Source: Trypethelium eluteriae (Eukaryota). Taken from it: DNA of 64,000 nucleotides. Of the stretch, positions 25,045 to 37,500 are shown in pieces. The position numbers were made by a program, and so were the translations under genes. Within the stretch, counting starts at the first letter, position 1. Every line of letters begins with the position of its first letter. A model generated the notes under the pieces. The model ran no database searches. It was not told where the DNA came from and saw only the letters and a program-made list of their open reading frames with translations. The stretch is taken from contig JAVECL010000043.1 of assembly GCA_051942245.1 (NCBI GenBank), positions 1 through 64,000 of the forward strand, read 5' to 3'.

Positions 25045-27125
25045 ATGAATCGACCAGGTCAGTCCACTCTGCGCTCATAAATTATCACCATCTTGAAGCT
25101 GCACAATGGGGAATAATTTGAGTAGCTTTGGAGGCGAACTAGCATGTTTACTCGTAGCTTCGTAACCTTGTATTGCTTCTGATCGCCCTCCAACTCGCTA
25201 TAGGCCCAATTATATTGAACTCAGTCACTGACAGTCGCGCGTTCTACAGGCTCGGGACCTCAAACCCTCCGAATACCGCCTGGTGGCATGTTTCAAACGG
25301 GCCCTCCATCTGCAACTGGCCGTAACGCCCCATTAGGTTCTGCAAGAATACAAAATGGCAAACCAGGTTCGTAGCGAGATAGTACGATCTGCCTGTTAAT
25401 TGATGGATAGGTAGCTAATTGGAAGAATGTAGGCAACGCATCTGGGTGGGGGTTTGGTAGCGGCATGGGAGGGATGCCTTCTATGTCGAACACACAGGCG
25501 AGAATGAACAATCCTTCACTTTCGGGCTTTTCGCAGGCTCTCGGCGGATCACAACAGAGGACTTCCTTCCAAACGGCGTGAGTCATCCCCACATACATAC
25601 CCTCCACCCTTCCTACCTTCATCTATATTTGACGTCACGGGAGCTGACGATGAATTTGTCGGATGATAGAGAGTTTCCAACTCTTGACGGGGAGAGAAGG
25701 CAAGTACAACCACCTCCTGGTGCCGGAATCTGGAACAGATTCCCCAGAGAACAGCAAGGACCGTCGCAAGGACTTCCATCGCAAGCCAGTGGACCGCAAG
25801 GCACATCTGCGCAACGACAACCATCCTTAGCACAGCAAGGTCAACAGCCAAATGAGGTTCAGGCCTCAACACCTTTTGGAGGCGGTAGTGGTGACAGCTT
25901 TCATTTCGGCGGCCAGACTAATTTTGGACCTTTGCCAGGAGCTCCGCAATCCCAACCGAGCAACGCCGATGATTTTCCTCCGCTGGGTCAACATGGTTCT
26001 AACGACACTGGACAGGATAGAGGCCCAGGCACAGGACGTCCAAATGGTCCCGGCGGGGCGGGTCTCGGCGAGAGAAACGGACTTGCAGCTGCCCTTGATG
26101 GCCACACTCTAGATGGACTAGGTGCTAGGTCGGAAGTTCTGATGTCACCGCCGCAACTGCAAGGTTCATCCCGTTCACCTTTCGATAGCTCAACCATTAG
26201 TCGAACGCCTTTTCATGACGGAGACCAAAATAATGACGTACCAGAATCGCATACTGCCTTCACTGGGTCAACTCCAGCCCAACCATCTTTCCAATCAGCG
26301 GCATTGCAAGAGTCGCAACAGCCGCCCATCGGTCCACCTCCAAGCCAACTACTGCAAGCTGGACAAGGCTTGGGTGGTCAAGCTGCCGTCTCATCAAATT
26401 CCAGCCAACAGCTCGGAAAGAAGCGAATTTCCGAGATGACGGAATTAGAGCAATATGGGTTGGAGGGATTGTTTGCACGGATAAACCCAAATCATCCTGA
26501 TCATAGCCCTCTCGCTCTTGGTCATGATTTGACGACGTTGGGAATTGACCTGAATTCTCCGGATCCTATCTATCCCACCTTTGGTGGTCCATTCTCAAAT
26601 CCGTCAGAACGTCCTGCGGTCCCCGAATATACCACTCCTCAGGCATATTATGTGCACAACGTCCAGCCTTTACACGCACGGATCCCAAGTTTCTCAGACG
26701 AAACTCTGATTGCGATATTCTATCAGTATCCCCGTGACATTATCCAGGAGAATGCTGCTGCCGAGTTGTAAGTATTTGCCGTCAAGGCCCTGTTCTTGCA
26801 ATTTTACTAATAACACGACAGATACAATCGCGATTGGCGCTGGCATAAGAAGCTTCAGCAGTGGATGATGAAAGACCTTCAATTTGGAGCACCCATCCAA
26901 TTAGGCCCCGGAGTAGAGAAAGGGTGGTACCTCTTCTGGGAAACCGCAACCTGGAGGAGAGAAAGGGTAAGGATCCTTCGATGATCACATTCCCTTTCCT
27001 GATCCACTGTTATACTGACCTATCTGCTATAGCGAGAGTTTGTCCTGGACTTCACCGATCTGGACGACAGGCACACAGGGAATCAGAACCCTGCTGCTCG
27101 ACAGCCTGGTCTATCTTTTAGGTGA
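25045..27125 (+). CDS. NOT2: CCR4-NOT complex subunit NOT2 (Cdc36), multi-exon
   Basis: Gly/Gln/Pro-rich N-terminus with 'DDFPPLG' motifs, then the NOT box: 'YGLEGL', 'LALGHDLTTLGIDLNS', 'FSDETLIAIFYQYPRDIIQENAAAEL|YNRDWRWHK', 'ERGWYLFWE', 'REFVLDF'. Confidence 0.92.
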
Positions 27126-29040
27126 ATAGCAGTCTATGATGCTGAACAGAGGATGACTGGATTCATTTGAAGATGCCCGCGTCGATATGGCGATCGTGGG
27201 TTATGGCTGCGGTTTCTGGCTAGCTGAACAGCTAGAACAGCTGCCTGATGGCAGGCATGTAGTATTCGCAGTAGAGATCTGCGTACAATTTCGCGCACGA
27301 ATTGCGTCGGAATACGATGATAACTAATGCCATGAATACGTGATGACCGCCCTTGCACGATCAGCTTGTCCCGTGGATTTGTGAGATTAGTAGTACAACC
27401 TGAACATTGTTGTTCCTCAGTACACATTGCTTGTTGCAGCTCGTTCTCAACCAATTGCATACCAACACACGACTTGTCTAGCATATCATCTCACATCGTT
27501 CGCAGATCATTGAAGCATGTACTGAGTGGTTCGAACTAGCACCCTATGCTGTACTGTACGTCGGCACCTAACTAGTGCTCCCACGATTCAATTTCACTTC
27601 ACACTCACTTCATCGAGGTGAAGAAATCGTAGCAAGTAAGTACCCACTAAGTCTAGATCGATGTTAGGCAGGCTTAGCTTCCAAAACAGAACCTTAAAAT
27701 GAGCTTTGGACAAATGCTCTTTGCAAGAGATTTCCCCATCAATTTACATACCCCGGAGCTCAGAAAAACTCTGGCCTTCCTGGGGAGTGACTTTTGCCAA
27801 ATTTACCACCGCGCAAATTGCTAGCCAGGAGAAATCCTCGCTGACCTTGCTCTACTTCACCTCTTTGTCTTCCAGCACGGCCAGAGCTATCACATTACGC
27901 ATGAGAGAGTTGAGAGAGTCAGCGTAGCCCAGGCAAGTTTATGTCGTCTGTGGCCGCACTGTTAAGGAATACATGAAGCGACCTTTGTGATGGTGTAGTG
28001 CCGAAGAGACTAGGGGGAGAAGACGAAAGATTCTATAGAGGAAAAAGAGCCGGCGCTACCGGTGGGCCTGCGGCTTTTCTCCAACTGATATGCCAAATTT
28101 CTGCGATGAAAATGAGGCTGACCGGAGCAGCCATGCTTTTGCAATTTTTGCTTGAGACTCACTGTTCGTAGATTTGTGAGTTAAGTGGCTATGTCAAGAC
28201 ATGACAGATGAGCAGAGAAGCTGGGCCAAAGCGAAATATAGTAGGGGATGAGTGCAGGCTGCTCAGGGAGGGAAATACCGAATTTCCTTACTGACACTTT
28301 CCTTATCGAGAGAATTTCTGCTCCGGTAAGTACCTTAGGGAGTGTTACCAAATAAAAGTGGATAACTGTGAGCAGCGCGACTGTAAACACGGCCTTTGTT
28401 GCAGCGCAAGCAGTTCCTCTGGCTGCGTTGCTGAGGAGATTCTAGATTTTCATTCGATAGTGGACAGCGCAGACATTACCCACTAAATTTGCGTTTTCTC
28501 ATTGTTGCGATATACTTCCTTCAGTGGATCTTGATCCAAGAAATGATAACTTATTTGACGTGGAAAGATAATGCTTAACAGATCAGATGATGTCAACCTA
28601 CATGCGAAAAGCCAAATTGCCATATCTATGTTAAACGAGCTTTGTTGTGTAGTCCTCGATAGACAAGCTGTCTTTTTTATCGTTGAATTAGATTCAGATT
28701 AGCTTATGTGTAACACCGGATTTTGTGGATAAATTTTTTTATTTAGATGATTCGGGCGAGAATCCAGACAACAAAAAGCATCACCTCAATCTAGGCTATT
28801 CAGTGGGACATCAAACCATCTCATTTTAACCCGACTTTACCCACAGCCACCACCAACTCGAGAAAACACCTCCGTGTAATCTAACAGGGGACCCACCTTT
28901 GTTCTTTCGAGCACCCAAAAATTCTTTCCAGCTCAGCTCCATGACGTTATCGCGGTACCCACTTTCTCATCAGCACCACCACCGCCTCTTCCCACTTCCC
29001 CCCGAAGTCATCCATCCCTCGGGTCCCTCAACAATTTACG

Positions 29041-29546
29041 CCCCGCAGATCCCGAGTTAAGGGTGAGCGACATCGAAGAGAAAAAAACCATGCACCATTA
29101 CGACACACCGCCGCTCGAGTAGGTGAACACGCTGCGTGGCATCCCAGCTAGTCGAACGCGCAACCCCAGCCCCCAATCTGTGTACACGTACATATGTGCG
29201 GTGAATCCGGGGGAAAAGGACCCCGGCCAAAGCTGTCTGCTCTTGCGCCTCGCAGCTGCAACGTGGTTGCAGTGTTCCCGGCCCCGAAAATCCATGGGGA
29301 GGGGATGGGATGAGATGGGAAGGGAGCTAGACTAGATACGAGGGAGGTTTACGTACCGGGGGCCCCCGTAGTTGAAAAAAAGTATCATGATCCGGGTAAG
29401 GGCACGTTTTTCAGGATCCGAGATACAGACTAAGGATGGACGGCGGCGTGCGCGTTTCCCGAAGGCCTGGGTCGTCCTGGCAAGAAAAAGCGTGGGGGCG
29501 CAGAGAAGGGATGGGATACAGGGGGCGGGGCTGTGGAGAGCCCCGC
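29041..29546. promoter_or_regulatory. Cluster of nine CreA/Mig1 consensus sites (SYGGRG) with G-quadruplex-like motifs in a gene-free region
   Basis: SYGGRG matches on either strand at 29041, 29164, 29207, 29221, 29356, 29492, 29525, 29533 and 29541. Confidence 0.45.
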
Positions 29547-32333
29547 ATTTAAAGTTATTGGGAGAGAGGAGTATGCACTATGGTTGGATGACATGAGGGG
29601 TTCTTCTTCTAGCTGACAGAAGAGGATTACTCCGTACCTTAGGGATCATGTATCTCTCTCTCGCTTGGAAATTTTCGATGTGACGGAGTCGAGCATCTCG
29701 CCTTCTCATCGAAAGAATCACGCCATTGATGGGGGCTGTTTGCTATTCCGGGTTCGCCGGCTGGCGGAAAAGTATCCCGCCATTGGATGTCTATCACGTC
29801 TCAGTGGTATTTAGGCAATAGAAGGTGTTGCAGGAATGGGGTCGAGATTCTGTTTCACACTCGGGGTTTGATTGCCCCCAGATCTGATGGGGCCGTTTCA
29901 GGGGAGGCGAACTTTCTGCCTTGGGTCAAGTAAGGTATTGCGCACCTCCGGCTTACGAGAAAAGGCATTGACCGAATCGGGTCAGAAGGAGGCGTTCGTT
30001 TCGCGAGAGGCCGCGAATCGCTGCATCCTACCGTCGATATGCCTGTTGGATTGTCCGTCGGAGGATGTTATATGTGCAGGCCGACCTTGCATGAACAACA
30101 CACGGCACTGGCTTTGCTTGTTATTTCCCTTTGAATTTGCAACCGCCGAGCCTCAAAAAGCACTACCTGCATCCGTGCATGTCCGTCATGACTGTTGAGG
30201 ATCTCCTGTGGCGAGCCCGAACTATTGTCTGGAAGATGACAGAGTGTCCTCCAGGGACAGAGACGCAAATATCTTTCAAGCTCAATCAGATGCCGGTATT
30301 TGAATTGATAGAGCAAGAATTTTGATGCTATCGTGCCGCACTTCATCGGGATACCGAAATGTAAATATCCTAGAGAGTATTGGTAGATTAGAGAGTACCG
30401 ACGGTACGTACTCCATAACAGATCCAGGTCAAATTTTCCACTGGCTCCTCTTGACCCCACACGCCACTAAGCCATCTGGATAATCTATAGATAGTGGTCT
30501 TCATGATATGATGGCGGTAAATTTTTTGGTCTCTTCTATCAGTTCTTTAGATTGGTTCATTTACAGGAAGAGTCGGTGAAAAGATAACAAGATCTTGAAT
30601 GTTGGATGGCAAAAGTCTAGACCTTCGCCTAGATGCCTGTCTACCTGCAATATCGACGCTGCCGATAAGGGTACTTTTAGGGCATGTCCGGAGCCGAAGC
30701 CACCAGACTGTGGGGTGCATGTCGAGTGCAGATTGGCCGCTCCCAGTTGTCGATGTCTCACATCGTTGCTGGCCCATCCCTCTACACTCCAGCTGGGTGG
30801 GTGTTCTGGACAGATTCACGACACCGCGTACCTCTGAAAGCGATCGTCTGTGGTTGGGAAGGTCCTCGGCATCAGGCGGTCTGCAGGAAAAACATCTCGC
30901 TCAAACCGCTAGCCTTGCACATTATCGCCCAGTGACCTGTCATTTTCCTGCTGCAGCGATCCTAAGCCGTACCACCTTTACGCACCAGGTCTGGATGTCT
31001 TCTTGCGACTTGTCGTGGGTAATTATTGACAGTCGATAAACTTTGCACCGTCGCCGAGCCGGTGTCCCCGGGCCAATTGGGCTTCTGACCGCCAAAATAA
31101 TACCATGTCGTCAGATAGAGGACTCTTGTCCCAATCTGACCATCCAGCTCCCAGTACGGTAGCCAGCAACCATGGATTAGGAATTTGGGCATGTGCTACT
31201 CCAGATTTGCGCTGCCAAGATCGCCCACTCCCGTCGGCCCAAGGCTGAGAAAATTAGGGCTAGTCAGATATGATGAGAAAGTTCACACTACCTGCGTGGA
31301 ACCTGTCTTCATACACGATCGTACATCCCCAAAAATGAAGAGACTCGTGCAGAGTAAACTAAGACCTTTCTTGCCGGACTGCGATTAATTTGGGGAGAAA
31401 GCAAGGCCTATCCAGGTGCAATAAGTTATTCAAGCTAGGCCCGGGTATTGATGCAGATCGCTATAGTATAGGTAGTGTATAATGTTCCGAGCTTATCTTC
31501 TGCCGCCAGACAAGATAAGGTTTCTCAACAAACGCAGATCGGCTGATATTTGTTCATTACGAGAAGATTACAGGTCGATAGCGATGTGAAGGGGATCGGC
31601 CAGGATCCGGGTAAATCGGGCGGTGGCTATCTTTGATCATGTAATTTGTTGCTGGAATCTGGGGAAGCCTCTCGTGGAAATGTGGGGTTGATCTAATGGA
31701 TCGAGGGAGTGTGGGGAGAAGATAAATTCCCGGGGCGGATTGCGTGATGAGACTGGAATCTTCAATTTTGGTATAAGGTACTACAGAGGACTTCGTAACT
31801 TCCATTGGGTGGACAGCTGCATGTGATACCTTACCTTGATTGTGCCAGCATGTGACTGAGACGTGACTGCATGGTAGTTCGCTCGATCGCGACCGTTCGA
31901 AGTGAACTCTAGAATGAATGTATGCCGTCGATCGATGGCCCCATGGAATTACGACATTATGTATCTATTCGGGCCACAATGCCTTCTTTATTGACTACTT
32001 GGTGTAGCTAGTAACAGCCAACATCTGGCTTGCTAAGAATGTCAAGGACCAGGTGATTGAGAGGAAATTGCGCTGTGCAAGCCCGGAAGCTGCAGGATAT
32101 CAAGCATGTAAGCAAAAGTCTATAAGCCGTGTATAATAAAAAGAAAGAACCCCCTCCGCAGTCCCTTCGCCGAAGACTCCGCTCCTCATTCTTCTTCGCT
32201 CACAAGTGTAACTGGAAAATGATTAAGTGAGAAGTGTGACGTGGCACAAGATGAATTCAAATGCGGGTTGCTTGCTGTAATGCCAATTCAGAACGCCCTG
32301 AAACCCATGAAAATTCGTAAAGTCTTGGATTAT

Positions 32334-33629
32334 TTAATACCGTTCGGAGAGATCCCCACCACTAACGGAACCATTGGCAGATGAGTTCCCGGACGAGACT
32401 TCGCCTAGCACTGGATTCAATAGATCCGGTAATGCAACCTTTGGTACGGGAGGCACAGGTAGTTTTCTTTGAGCCCCATCAGTGCTTGACATGATATCGG
32501 TAATCCTGAGGCCACTTTGCTGCGGCGGCACATAGGGCTGCTGGTGGTCTGCTTGCGGTTCCATGGGCGCTAGCGCAGGCGTATGCTGGAGGGATAGGTT
32601 GTGAATCGCAGGAAGATGATGCGGCCGAAGGCGAGGAGAGTGTGCAGGTGTAGCAAGCGGTGTGTGATCCGGCGTAGGCGAAATTGAATCGTGGGAGAAG
32701 CTGGGCGAAGGTGGCGCTGTCGAGTTTGGTGAAGTTGGTCGCGACCGCTTCGTCATGCGGTGCTGGTACTGATCGTCCTCTTCATGAGAATGTGACCGGG
32801 ACATGGGCTGAGATGGAATGGCGTAGGATAACGACGGCAACGGCCCGCTGCGATTGTACGGATGATGATGCGGTGAGTGATAATGATGAGACGTCCTACT
32901 TGGGAGCGGGTAGTGCCGTGCTTGGTTTTCACGCTCGACTTGCGATGCTGCCGTTGCCAGTAGGTTGATGTTCATTCCGCTGCTATTTGGGCTCGTCGAC
33001 GCGGCGCTGCTGGAATATGGGATGTATGAACTTGGTGGCGAGACGTTGGGAGACCCGATATTGGAACTTGGTGCTGACCTCGATATAGCTCGAGGTGGTG
33101 GCATCATGTGGTGGGTCAAACTCTGGCTATCAAGGACACCTGCCTGAGCAGCGGCGGCGGCGGCAGCGGCAGCAGCATGTTGTTTGTTTCCTCTTCTTGA
33201 GTTGGGGTTGTTATGTATCCGTGAGTGTCGAGTCAACTCGTCTGATCGACTGAAGCGTTTTGTGCATCCCGGAAACTGGCAGGCATGAGGTTTTTCCCCA
33301 GTGTGTGTTCGGATATGCCTCGTCTGATGTTCTAATCGGTGGAAAGCCTTGTCACAGAGAGGACATTTGTAGGGTCGTGGCAGATCTTGACGTTGATCGT
33401 CTTGCGAGCCTTGAGGGAGCGAAGGGATGAGGCTGACTGTGGCCGCAGCCATCGTATTTCTGTCCTCGGCCGGTTGGATGCCGTTTTCGTTCTCTGACGT
33501 TGACGACGGCTGCTGAAACTGGGACGACGGATGAAGAGGGTTCGAGGCAGACTCCAAAAGGTGCGAGGATCGATTTTGGTCGCGGTTCAGCAGATTTTGA
33601 AAATCTACTGAGGAGGATGGGCGTTGCAT
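32334..33629 (-). CDS. creA: Carbon catabolite repressor CreA/Cre1 (two C2H2 zinc fingers), intronless
   Basis: '[56 protein letters not shown]', poly-Ala tract, 'SHEEDD', Rgr1-like '[20 protein letters not shown]', N-terminal [10 protein letters not shown]. Confidence 0.98.
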   Translation of the reverse strand: MQRPSSSVDFQNLLNRDQNRSSHLLESASNPLHPSSQFQQPSSTSENENGIQPAEDRNTMAAATVSLIPSLPQGSQDDQRQDLPRPYKCPLCDKAFHRLEHQTRHIRTHTGEKPHACQFPGCTKRFSRSDELTRHSRIHNNPNSRRGNKQHAAAAAAAAAAQAGVLDSQSLTHHMMPPPRAISRSAPSSNIGSPNVSPPSSYIPYSSSAASTSPNSSGMNINLLATAASQVERENQARHYPLPSRTSHHYHSPHHHPYNRSGPLPSLSYAIPSQPMSRSHSHEEDDQYQHRMTKRSRPTSPNSTAPPSPSFSHDSISPTPDHTPLATPAHSPRLRPHHLPAIHNLSLQHTPALAPMEPQADHQQPYVPPQQSGLRITDIMSSTDGAQRKLPVPPVPKVALPDLLNPVLGEVSSGNSSANGSVSGGDLSERY

Positions 33630-33761
33630 GTGATAGTCGTTGGGGGATCACAGGACAGGATGGTAGTTTTGTAGCACAAGATTCGGCCGAACGAGGGTGG
33701 ACGGAAAATCTTATAGGGACCAGGGCTCGGATCAAGGGGGAGAAAGTGACGCAGCAAAAAC

Positions 33762-34581
33762 GTGGGGAACAGCGGGCCGGGGTCTGTTGGTCAGATGCGA
33801 GGGCAACGGGGTGGGCGTACCAAGCCAGACACCGAGACACCCAGACACCCAGACACCTAATAGAGTCGACCACTTTTTTCAGGAGCCGGGTCTGAGCTGG
33901 GTGGATGCGCGTGGATGAGGAGCCGTGGATGAGGAGCTGAGCCTGCCAACCCTGTCGATCGTTAGCTGGCCCAGATGCAGGGTAGTGCTGGAAGGGGCAT
34001 GGCTGGGGTCGAGTGAAGCGCCCACATCGCCTCTCGTGCTTCTGACGAGAGCACAGGAGGCAGCCCGTGGGATGGGGCTGCGACAGGCACGGCGTGGCGC
34101 CAATAGCGAGGATCATCCGGCCGGCCTTCTCCACCAGGCCCCCAAGCCTCGCCCTGGTGCATTTTCTTTTTCCTTCCAAGGTTCCTTTTCTCTATGCCTG
34201 CCCCGCTGTTCCGGCCGCGCAGTCATGCCAGATGGCCTGCTGCAGGGGGAGCGCGGAAGCGTGCGAAAATGATACAAAATGAGACCGACCTGGCAAATGG
34301 CAGCAAATCACTTGCGGCGCCTTCGCTGTTGGGAAAGTTCATGCAAGTCGGGCCTGTCTGGCCTATCTCTCTCTCTCTCCTGCCCAGGCCGCCAGGCTGC
34401 CAGGCTGCCAGTTCTGTCAGTCTGCCAGCCTGCTCTCTCAATGACGCGCGTTGAAACCGCGTAGCAGTCGCAGCCCCCGGACTCCTTCCCGCTAAGGAAG
34501 CTGAGGTAACGTGTCAGGAGCGTGGCCGGCGAGCCTGTTGGATCACTTTCCTCGTTTCGCGATTGTGGAGGAGCCGCGGGG
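33762..34581. promoter_or_regulatory. creA upstream region with multiple SYGGRG sites (probable autoregulation)
   Basis: SYGGRG matches at 33762, 33777, 34003, 34129, 34201, 34475, 34565 and 34576. Confidence 0.5.
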
Positions 34582-37500
34582 ATGTGGGTGAACTTTAATT
34601 AGAGCGCGGTTTGAAAGCAGCAGCTGAGCACTCGACTGCGCCGTCTGACTGGCGGCGTGTCGGATGAATCTCGAGCCTGCTTTGCGTCTTCTGCTTGTCC
34701 TTATCGCACCCGGCACGAGTCGGGCAACTTGCCGGCCCAAGAACGAGCCTAGTGCATCTCGCATCTCTCGTCAGAACCGCCTTTTTCTGGTGAATGGGCA
34801 AACACGATAAATGCACCCTTCCCGCAAAGCGGTTACTACGCTGCCTACTTTTGTTCCTCATCAAAGTTTCCATAGATGGAGCGAAGCGGAGCTTGACACG
34901 ACAAGCCCAGCCCCGACTTGGCCGACGCCTTACCACTGTGAAGTTCACGCAGCCTGGACTGGAAATGTCTCAGTAGTCACACTGGCTCCCGAGCCTGCGG
35001 AGATTTGACAGGTAGATCTCCTTGGAGATAGCACTATTTGCGGAGAGCGTCTACTGGATATGCGTGTGGGGATTCACGTTCACCATTGGTACCGCAAGGT
35101 ATGGACTAACCTTATCCGATTGGCGGTGCCATCGAAGTTCTCCAACCCCTACACACCTCATCACCTCATGGCGGTTAGCACCAGAGCGCCAGTGTACTCC
35201 GTGGGAGCAACACCGAAAGCATGATGGGGTATTTAGCACGTGCGTGGGGTTGCTTGCTTCCTCCGGCCCTCCCTATCCTTAGTGTGGGAACTTATTTACG
35301 TGGAGCACAGCGCCCCAGGATACTTGGCTTCATGACTAGTCTGAGTACTAAGTTGGATGACGCAGCCACTGCTTTGTAGGAACAGATAGGATACGATTAT
35401 TGCCCTGGCCATCCCGGATTTCGTACATTATTGACAGATGATTATTATCTTCTGATAGTACGGAGTATTGGGGGACCGGTTTCCCTCCCGCACGCCTTCC
35501 CTATCGATCAAAAACTCTCCCACACACATGACAAGGCATTTGTACCTTTTAGGAAGTGTAATCCGTTGCATGAGCCTGGCTGTCTCATTTTGGGTGATGG
35601 AGGGCATCAGGCTGCAGCAGTACTCCGTATGTATGCGGCGGCCCCCTTACCAGCTAATAATGGCCGAGAAAGGGCCTTTATCAAAGCCCAATTCCTTGGT
35701 AGCGCATGACTAAAGTCGACTCAACTAACAAAGTATGTGGGGGTGGTGGAGTATATCTGGGGTCAGGGGGAGGGAGGAACGGAGTAAAAAAAAATCAAAG
35801 TCAATATTGAGACGGCTTCAGGTGTGACACGCGGAACGCTTTAGGCTTTGGTTTTTGATCATTGGAACGAATCCTGCATTATCGTGGTTCTGTTAGTGTG
35901 GGAATCGAAAGAGTGTGGGGATGGATCAGCGGATTCTTCTGCCGATGACATCTCCCGTTCCTGCATTCGGGACGAACCTTGGAGTGCCATCGGATCCTAA
36001 CCATTTGAAATGACGGCTTCCCCCAAATCTTATCGGCTTCCACTTGGGTCTCTCCTACAAGGGTGGTGGGGCTTGCTGTGGCATTTTTCAATTCTATCCA
36101 AATGCGGTAATTCACAGTGTCATCTACGTAGCACACGAGAACATAGCGATGCAGCCAAGATACCAAAAATAGATTGTTCAGCAGGGAGGTGTCAGTCGAT
36201 AGAGCACATGTTGTGCTCTTGACAGGAAGCCAATACGTGTGACTAATCATATGAAAAATAAGGAAGAACCTTGAAATTCGAATGCAGACATTCGTACTTA
36301 AGGTAGCTATATTAGCAAACCCAATCCTCACGTATCCAGGACGGACTACATATGCTTTACTCAGGTCCGCTTTTAATTATTGTGAGGTACCATGGCACCG
36401 TGGGTACGTGGCCGCTAGGGAGATCTCCACTTCAGTCGCTTTCGGAACGAGGCTCAAGCCGTACGAAGCATTAATTATTACGGAGCACTCTGTCATGATC
36501 CTACAGAGTTTGTTACCATGGTAGCCTTGGCCGCCGGTACATGTGTCAGTTCTCGCCTCGGAAATCTTCGGGTACTCCTGGAAAGGTTCACCGAGCGGAA
36601 AATTGAGCAAATCGGAATTTCAATGTCAACAAATATGCAAGCATTCAACATGTTCTCTTAGCTACGGCTTTGTGTCCAGTTGAAGATCTGCTACACGACC
36701 CGCATAACCCAGATTTCTCGCCTTTTTGTAACAATAGCTGCCTTGCACCGACTAGCCGAAGTAGGAAGAAAATCGCATAACCGTATGCAGGGCCATGGAT
36801 GGCAGCGCCGAAACGTTGAGTCGGAAAGCTTAGCGAAGATTATCATGTTATCATTTCTCACTACCTGTGCCGCAATGCTGACTGTTGGGATCCGAGTCAG
36901 ATCAGCTCTCAGAAGCGTTTCGAGCCCCCGTTTTTCGACCATTTTATGAGCAGATTCTGGACCTAGAATAGTACCCACGAGCCCTTGCCTTCTTTGCCCC
37001 GCAAACATCCCAAGGTTCCCTATGGCTGGAGTCGGAGTCCTGCGCACGTGGAGTCTCGTTGGCACCGTCGGGGTGGACCTGGAGGTTTTCTGTGGAGCTT
37101 CTGGAATAACGCAGGAACAATACAGCGAGAGTGTAAGGCAAGGATATCCATTACAAACCGTCTGCTTCATAACGGCCGGTGGGGCCGTCAAAACCTTCGA
37201 AAAACCCAAGGAATATAACCTTGTCCTTCCAAGCAAGCGGGCTCGGTGGAGTGGAACGATTCAAAGAAGGTTCCATACCTCGGCTTAGAGTTAGAGTAGT
37301 CAAGAAGCAACTAATCCCATCACCACTCAACAACCAACAACCTATCAAATGAACTTTTCCTATATGGTCAAAGGGCAAATTTTTCACTCCGATTTTACGA
37401 TCTTCACTTTCTTGGCTCTACCAGAGTTCTGGGGGTTGACTCCGCAGTGCAACTTACACTCAGGTTGTGTGTCTAAAGGTGCAGGCGATGTGCAACGAGA

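Noticed and set aside
30517..30530. Sm-site-like AATTTTTTGG suggesting an snRNA or telomerase RNA 3' end
   Set aside because: No recognisable snRNA sequence or template upstream; a short motif like this is expected by chance.
33352..34179. 275-aa ORF overlapping the creA start
   Set aside because: Non-ATG start, no recognisable domain; likely a by-product of a GC-rich leader.
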